Under the pieces are notes generated by a model. That model did not search any database. It was not told the DNA's origin and saw only the letters and a program-made list of their open reading frames with translations. Positions 54,560 through 64,000 of a stretch of DNA of 64,000 bases are shown here, one piece after another. Origin of the DNA: Eledone cirrhosa. Taxonomy: Eukaryota. Both the position numbers and the translations under genes were made by a program. Each line of letters opens with the position of its first letter. The stretch's first letter is position 1. The stretch spans positions 11,842,001 to 11,906,000 of the forward strand of contig OZ024752.1 of the NCBI GenBank assembly GCA_964016885.1, given 5' to 3'.

Positions 54560-56347
54560 TTATATATATATATAAATAAAGGCGATGACACATGACCGTG
54601 ACCTCTGGCGTCACGCAGTAATACAGAGTACCCGACCTCCCATGGGTACAAGCTGAAGCATATAGACAATATGCCTCCACACCCCCCACTGCAAGGTGGT
54701 CGTGGAGGTGCCACGGCAAAAAAGCACCCAGCCCACACTGTAAAGTGGACGTGTAGGCGCCACGAAAACGCACCCAGCACTCACTGTAAATGAGGTTGGT
54801 GTTAGGAAGGGCATCCAGCTGTAGAAATCAAGCCAAATCAGTTCCTGTGTGAGCAAGGAATGGTCAGCCGACCAGACACTGCCCACAACAGGACAACCCG
54901 TCTAACCCATGCTAGCGTGGAAGAACGGACGTAAAACGGTGATGATGATATATAAATATATATATTATGACTTTTTTTACAGTTCGAAGATCGGTAAACA
55001 TCATTGAATTTAGATCTTGATGGGCCCGAGGCTCTTCAGGTTTAGGGGTAGGTCCTCGTGCACAAAAAATTGTGCACGAGCCCCTCTTGCGGAGGAGTTC
55101 GATTGTACGGGGTTCAATTACGCCTGAGGTCTCGACCGGTGCGAAGAGGAAGCGGCCAGAGAGTCCCCGGTATCGGGATTTATGACTGAAGCGACTAAGC
55201 TGGAGGCGGAGAACGTGTCGCTCCAGGTGACGTCCCAGAGGAGGGACCTACCTCCTTCGAATGATATTGTTACGGTAATAATTTTGGTTACATTGAATCT
55301 GCTCTTACGCATTCCTATCGGTAGGTAGATTAGCAGGATCGGTAGAGAGTCGGACACCATGCTTTGCAGCATAGAGTTACGGCCCTTTCCGGTCTAAGTT
55401 CAAATCCCGCCGAGATTAATTTTGCCTTTTATCCTTAGTGTCAATAAAATAAAGTACCAGTAACGTAATGGGGTCGATTTAATCGACTATCCCCTCCTCA
55501 CTAAATTACTGGCCTTGTGCTTATACTAGAAATCATTATATCTCGGCGGGATTTGAACTCAGAATGGCAAGGGCCGTAACCCTATGCGTCAAAGCGGTTG
55601 TGGATTGGCAGTATCGGTAGAGGGTCGGACGGCATGCTTTGACGCATAGAGTTACGGCCCTTGCCATTCTGAGTTCAAATTGCCTTTTATCCTTACGGGG
55701 TCGATAAAATAAAGTACCAGTAATACACTGGTTAATTGCTGGCCTTGTGCCAAAAGTAGAAACACTTATTTAAGCGGTTGTTTCTCCGGTAACTGAATTT
55801 AGAATTCGGCCAAGCATAAATTACAAAAGGGAAATAACTTTGTATTTTTATTTTAAATAGTAGTTATCTCCCTTAGTATTTTGATTTAATCTATTTCTCT
55901 AGACCAGCTTGTTGATGTTTAACCTCAATGAAGTTTAAATCGAGCAGACTTATGATCAAATATATTCCAATAATGACCAATCTAACCCTTTTTAGAAAGA
56001 GTTTACATAGAACCACAGTAATGATGTTGAAAACTGAATTGCGCTGCTATTTCTAGCAGGTCAACAGACCGCATGGAGGTTATTCTAGTTGGCTTGAGTT
56101 TTATATTTACAATCAGATAGGAATATTTACAGCGAGGTTATGAAAGAGGATGATAAACACACAAATACAATTATTTGGGTTTGATATATAACTTTATATT
56201 CACTTCTGCGTTCCCAGATTGACTTTGTTAGTTTCAGAAGATCCCGTTAAGGGTGAAAGCAGCGATTCTTTGCTTAAACTTTAATCTGTTATTTTAATAA
56301 ATATATATATAAAAGAGAATTTTCGCTCTACATGGCTAAATACAATA

Positions 56348-56588
56348 AATGTAATCTGAGTTTTTCGAATATTAATAATAATATTCGATTCATTTGCAAT
56401 TATGCAAACAAGCCTCAATTTTATAGCCATGTCAGTAGAATGAACCCTTCATTCTTGCTCTTATGTTGGCATGTGAACAGAACTGCAGTTCATTCTACTG
56501 ACATGGCTATAAAACTGAGACTTGTTTTCATAATTGCAAACGAATCGAATGTTATTATTAATATTCGAAAAACTCAGATTACATTTAT
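56348..56588. repeat. Inverted repeat (about 100-bp arms) of an unclassified dispersed repeat
   Basis: Arms at about 56348-56445 and 56488-56588. Homologous to 5385-5746. Confidence 0.75.
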
Positions 56589-56690
56589 TATATCATCATC
56601 ATCATCATCATTTCATTTTACGTTCGCTTTTTCCCTGCTTGCAAGCGTGGGACGTACAGAAAAATCAAAACTATATTTAATACACTTTAT

Positions 56691-56737
56691 TGCTGACAAT
56701 CGTTTCTTCCAAACAGCCGTTAGGAATCATTGGAGCA
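56691..56737 (-). ncRNA. Hammerhead-like motif, CC-core family
   Basis: Minus strand UGCU-CCAAUGA-UUCCUAAC-GGCU-GUUUGGAA-GAAA-CGAUUG-UC-AGCA. Confidence 0.45.
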
Positions 56738-57589
56738 TTGGCAAAGCTTAAGCATATAATTAATTCCTATTCTACAGAACAATCATAAAGATATGTTGAT
56801 ATTATTGCTGCTATCAGTAGTGTCATATTCAAAGAGAGTGAGGATGTTGAGGTCAGTAGCAATAGGTATAATAAAGATTATAAAAGAATTATAAAAAAAA
56901 GCGAATTATAAAAGTTACTCGTAAAGGAGGACATTAGTGGTACATAAGCATATAGACAGTAAAAATGCAGAGGTATTAGGCATGTACAGACTAATATGGT
57001 AGAGAAAGCAAAGGTATTAAGCATTTATAGCATAATATGGCAAAGATATCACAAAATATAGGTGTAATAGGATATTAAGCAGTCAGGAATGCATGGGTAG
57101 AATATAATATGAAAATTGTGAAGCAACTTGTGTAATATACATATACAAAGTTACATTGATGCATGCTTTGACAGTGGATCAGATAAGTAATTAAGTGACA
57201 AATCTAAGCAGAAGTAAATCTGTTGTGTAGTACAAAAAAAAATGTTATGTAGTATTAAGATATGTATATGTAGCGAGATGAATATATTTAAAATGGTTTC
57301 TATGTGAGTTTATGGTGGATGTAAAGTGATAATTGTTCTGGTAATGTTTAAATGTAGATGTGTTGTGAGTGTAAATATTGAGTTTTCCCTTTCCATTACA
57401 TCGGTTATATTTAAGAAATATTTTTAAATAATATTTAAATAGATACAATTATGGATTGTATATTGCCCTTATTATAATCGGATTAGGGGTTAGAGTTGTT
57501 CTGGAGTGATCTCCTTTGAGTCAGATGTTAATTTTTCGAGTTGGTGTGGTTATGTCTAACAGTTTAAACCGTCATTGTATTAAACCGGT

Positions 57590-57775
57590 TGGTTGGTGGG
57601 TTCGATGGAAGGGAAGGACTCTGCGAACAGGTCGTTCAGCTGTTGGTGTTGAGAAGCCGGTTGGTTGAGGATCCAGAGCTCACATTTGGAGCTATTGATC
57701 TGGAGACCCTGGTGGCCAAGCTCCTCCACCATCCTGTTGGCTGTCTTTGCTCTGGTGTTGGCTCCGTTGTTCACC
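57590..57775 (-). pseudogene. Non-LTR RT fragment
   Basis: EELGHQGLQINSSKCE resembles the RT motif GLxxNxxK. Confidence 0.5.
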
Positions 57776-58058
57776 CCTTCCTTTACATTTTCTTTAATAT
57801 TGTAACATTAAAAGAATATATCTTTCATTGTTTAGAACTACAAGTGAAGTTATTCTTTTCCTTTTTTTAATATATATTTAATATAGAAATGGCTTCTACA
57901 GGACTAGAACTGTTTCATTCGGGAGAAATCATGAAACGGTTCTAGTCCTGTAGAAGCTATTTCTATATTAAATATTAATACTCTGCTATGTATTGAGTAC
58001 TTGGTCATCCCCGATTGAACCCGGGTCACCTGTGGTCACCCCCGATTGAACCCGGGAT

Positions 58059-58141
<83 letters not shown>

Positions 58142-58566
58142 AAAAAGTATGACCCCAACGGCAGAGCTCAAGCCGTTTCAATGGCTATTTCTGGTCCAGA
58201 AATAGCCGTCGAAACGGCTTAAGCTCTGCCTTCGGGGTCATACTTTTTCCTATTACCCATTCTACTACCCTAAGTATTGAGTACTCTGGTGCCTTATGGT
58301 CCATCTGATTCCTTACCACATCTCCTTCGTTATATATATATGTATATGTATGTATATATAATGTTATAACATTCTGGGACCGTTCCATCTTACCCTCACA
58401 GAGTCGTCTTCCTCACAGATTATCGAAAGTGTACACTGACAAGCTGAGTTCGAATTTTAATAATTCAAAATTAATTGTTCATCGAATGAGTGGGGAAACA
58501 GCCGAAATTATGTCTGTTCTATTCGACTTGCTTCGTCTCCTAAGTATATATATATTTATATATATA

Positions 58567-58607
<41 letters not shown>

Positions 58608-58894
58608 GGTATATATTGAGTTAGAAACTCAAAATAGTCTCTTACAATTAAATAGCTCGAGGAAAGAGATTTTTCCTAGCTGTATATTATAATTGAATAT
58701 AAAAGAGAAATAAACACAGATATATAGACATGTGTTCAAATCGTAAGGGACCAGGTTCGCTAGGGTGAAAAAATAAACACAGATCTATATATCTGTGTTT
58801 ATTTCTCTTTTATATTTAATTATATATATATTATATATATATATATATATTATAGAATACACAAGTATCAAAGTTATGTTTAAGACATTTAATC

Positions 58895-58939
58895 GCTGAC
58901 AATTGTTTCTTCCAAACTTAGGCTTGGAGTCCTCGGAGC
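58895..58939 (-). ncRNA. Hammerhead-like motif, CCGA-core family
   Basis: Minus strand GCU-CCGAGGA-CUCCAAGC-CUAA-GUUUGGAA-GAAA-CAAUUG-UC-AGC. Confidence 0.5.
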
Positions 58940-59878
58940 ATTATCAATGTTTGTACATATAATTAACCTCCTATTCAACTGAAGAATCATACAGTTACAT
59001 ATATATTGATGTTGTGGACAACAGTTTCATGTTTACAGGGTGGAATGGATGCGACATATATTATGTTATACGAGAATTGTACAATAATTCAAATTAAGAT
59101 TAAAATTAAAAGCATAGGGTGGAATACATGCGTCAGATAATACAAGAGAATAGTCTAATAATTAAATTAGAGAGATAGTACATGCGTTAGTCATATATAA
59201 AGGAATGGAACAAGCAAATGTATCATGCATATATGAGTACTGTATGGCAGGGTATTACATAAAATACAAGCACTTTCGCCAAAGCATGGCGTCCGACCCT
59301 CTACCGATGCTGCCAATCCATCGCCTTTAATAACATTACATGAAGGCACATGGCTTAGTGGTTAGAGCATTAGGCTTGCAATCGAAAGGTTGTGAGTTCA
59401 ATCTCAGACCAGGGTGATGTGTTGTTTCCTTGAGCAAGACACTTTATTTCACATTGCTCCAGTTTACTCAGCTGTAGAAATGAGATTATAGGGACTGGGG
59501 TCCCTATCATTCCACTGCAAAGTGGTCGTGGAGGTGCCACGGCAAAAAAGCACCCAGCACTCACTGTAAATGAGGTTGGTGTTAGGAAGGGCATCCAGCT
59601 GTAGAAATCAAGCCAGAATCAGTTCCCGTATGAGCAAGAGAAGGTCAGCTGACCGGACACTGCCCACAACAGGACAACCCGTGTAACCCATGCTAGCGTA
59701 GAAGAACAGACGTAAAACGGTGATGATGATGATGAAATACCAATCATCTAAAAATATTTTGAAATGTCTCAAACAAAATTAGTAAATGGCAATAAAGACC
59801 TGGGAGCAACAGGTGAACAAATCTTGCTTGACAGGTGTCCCAGCTCACTGCAGGTTGGGCCTGGTCGTTTAAACATCC

Positions 59879-60010
59879 TATGAAGCTTGCTTGTTGGAAT
59901 GTGTGTGCTCTGGTAGATGACAATTTGACACAAAGACCAGAGAGACAAACTACATTGATTGCTCATGAGTTGAAAAGATACTCATTGGATATAGTAGCTC
60001 TCAAACTAAA
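59879..60010 (+). pseudogene. RTE-clade APE endonuclease N-terminal fragment
   Basis: MKLACWNVCAL...RPERQTTLIAHELKRYSLDIVAL matches the RTE ORF start pattern (WNVRTL..RPERRTAL.A.EL.RY..DI.AL). Confidence 0.75.
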
Positions 60011-62827
60011 TATATCAGATGCCAAATTAAATGCAGGGATCAACATTTGCTAACCATGCTCTGTATGACTGACAAAGTCACAGTCATCAGCATACAGAAG
60101 ATCTCCATAATATATCCAATGAGATGGTTGGTTGAAATGTTCATAGGTTGACTATGAAGGAGTGATGCTAGAACTGTAATATCTTGTATACATTAATTTC
60201 AACTCTTCTTATTAATAACTGCCTTGTTTCTTTCCAGTGGCTATGTTAAAAAGGTAGGGAGTCTTTTATTTATATGTTGAAAGCTAGCAGGGTATACAAT
60301 GTATAAAGTTACATCCCTGTTAGTTTTGTTTTCAATCTCCATCCAAGGTGGGTGTCAATGTAATCAACTATTCATAGTTACACTGTATCTGCCCCCTTTT
60401 GTGTGACCAATAGTGATAAAACGGGGTTGATTAAATCAACTTACCCCTAACACTAATAATATCTTTGTATTCTACTTTAATTAATATTAATTATTCCTTA
60501 ATTTGTTGAGTTGTATCAGGCGGTTTTTTGGTTGCTATTTTTAGCATCATTATAAACCTATTTTATCATTTAATAGTTCAACAACACAGTGTTTTGGACA
60601 GCATGCTGCCTTGACAATTGAAACGGTATGAATAATTTCATGATCAATATAGCCCCTTAGTTTTGAAGAATAAACTCTCCTGAAGAGTATTGTGAATTCT
60701 TCCAATATTGTTATGTCTAATAAATTGCTTCTTCCACAAATGAAACCATGGTAGGGAGATCTTTATATAAGTTAGGTTAACTTAATTTTGTCTGTCTGGC
60801 TTACACTATCATAAACAGTTTTTTTTCTTCACTTAAATTATATATATATACATATCCTGATGATTTCCCGTTAATGAAACAGTTCTAGTCCTGTAGAAGT
60901 CATTTCTATATTAAATATTTATACTCTATGTATTGAGTACCTTACTTACTGTGGTTTTCCACGATTGGACCCGGGATGCACATATCTATCTATATATATA
61001 TATTTATATATATAACAGAATTTATAATTATTATTATTATTATGGGATGGTATATTTCAGAAAATCGTTAGAGCATCAGACAAAAATAAGATGAGAATTT
61101 AGTTCTTTATCATTGTTTCCAGGGACTGAATGGAATGTAGGGGCCAATAAAATAAAGGACCATTCAAGTACTGCCTGTAGTTGTGTCGATTACATTGACT
61201 AACCCCTAGCCACTTACTAATATTGCCACCCTGGGACCTTATTGTTATTGTTGTTATTGCTATTTATAAAAAAAAAATATTAAATGAGAGAAAAGAAAAC
61301 TATTGTTGTTGTTATTACTAACTATTTAAACCCTTGATACCAACCTGCTTCCCTGTAAAACTATGACCACTCATAAGGGTCCCAATTTTAATTAAAGGGT
61401 CCCAATTTTAATTACCACAAGTCTTGTTGAAAGTCATTTCACTCCCACCCTCACCCCTTCAGTTAAGTGGACTGGAGCAACAGTAAATAAAGTGTCTTGC
61501 TCAAGGACAGAATGTACCACCTACCCCAGTACAGGGATCAAATTCTATATGATTGGGATCCAAACACCTTAACTTACTTAGCTATGAGCCTTCACAAATA
61601 TATGGTCTGGTCTCTTCTCATCCTCACTGCTGAGGGTCAGGGACCAATGACAATAGCACCAATATTCATCTATTAGATGTTGTATGTCCATAATTCTCAT
61701 CAGGAGGTCCCCGAATCCTCGTCTGTCCATTACTCGGAAACAAGCTACTGAGCTGATGCTGATCTGCCTCACAAGGATGAAGCCATTGGCCACTTGAAAG
61801 GTTGTCACCCAGATAACAATAGAGTCCTACCTATTGCAGGCTTGAAATCAGACAGATCCTTGCCCTAGACATACTGCCTATCAAAGCTAACAAGCTCTCT
61901 GTCTTTTTTTTTTTTTTTTTTTTACATTATTGGATGGCCATTGACTCACCTAAGTTCCTTCACTCTTTGAAGGGTTTTGTGTTTGATCCTGCAGTGTGTC
62001 CAGAAATCATAGTCCTCACCAAGCAAGCTTGGTGAATTTGCCGGTTTAGTCACCAATAACCTGACAATGTGATGGGTCGTACTGGGTTATGTTACCAGTA
62101 GTGCTCAAGAGCAACCTGACGTTACTTCAGAAATATCACAACATTGAAATAATTGTTTCTACTTTTTGACACAAGGCCAGCAATTATCCCAGAACATTAC
62201 TGGTACTTTATTTTATCGACCCCATAAGGATGAAAGGCAAAGTTAACCTCGGCGGGATTTGAACTCAGACCTTAAAGGGCCGTAACTCTGTGCTTCAAAG
62301 CACGGCGTCCGACTCTCTACCGATACTGCCACTGAAATAATGATTCTAATAAATCCCTCCAACTTCATTAGAAATGCAGTAACAAAAGGGTTTTTGTTAC
62401 TTTTTTTAATGTTTTGTTTAAATTAATATTTTGAAATTAAATTGAAAAAAAAAATGACATTTATAAGCAACGAAAAGATGACATTTATAAATTGAATTTT
62501 TTTTATTATTTTGGGGAAAATTTTGTACTAATACAGAGTCTGTAAGTATTATAATTTTAATTACTCCTAATGCACATATCCTCATTATTAGCATTTTGGT
62601 ATGTTTTTTTTCCCCGATATTTGCTTGTGTAGTTTGAACAGGACATAATGTATATAATATATATATATAATATATATATATATAATAATGAGTATAATCC
62701 AAGTTGCAGCAGCAAGTAGCAGATTCGCATCCAATTTTTGAAGACTGTCATAAAGCACTCAATGAGTAATCAATAAATTAACCGCGCGATCGGGTGTCCA
62801 GCACGACTATTTCTATGTCCCCGCGCA

Positions 62828-63930
<1,103 letters not shown>

Positions 63931-64000
63931 ATAAATATAAGAAAAAATATATAATAATAAAAAATAAAAATGAATATAAAGACTATTATAATGTTGACAG

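Overview
AT-rich, repeat-dense animal genomic DNA. The abundant tRNA-derived SINEs and huge (TA)n/(TG)n tracts suggest a coleoid cephalopod, probably Octopus (inference). The only host gene I can support is the terminal exon of a GT10 alpha-1,3-fucosyltransferase (FucTA-like, + strand, 38913-39270); I found no upstream exons. The rest is mobile DNA: a near-complete Merlin (ISXO2/IS1595-like) DDE transposase with a related MITE (9-bp TSD), a hAT/Buster element (8-bp TSD) with a decayed transposase, hAT and Tigger-like MITEs, a non-autonomous Helitron, LINE fragments (RTE, R4/Dong-like, CR1/L2-like), more than 30 SINE copies and several minisatellites. The most notable hidden signal is more than a dozen minimal type I hammerhead-ribozyme-like motifs from several sequence families. 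They mostly sit in (TA)n-anchored fold-back repeats, which fits Penelope-like element (PLE) termini. They include a recurrent variant core (CCGA instead of CUGA) and palindromes that appear centred on the ribozyme stem II loop. Nearly all long ORFs in the ORF track are microsatellite or minisatellite artefacts. Coordinates were counted by eye, and those of degraded repeats are approximate.
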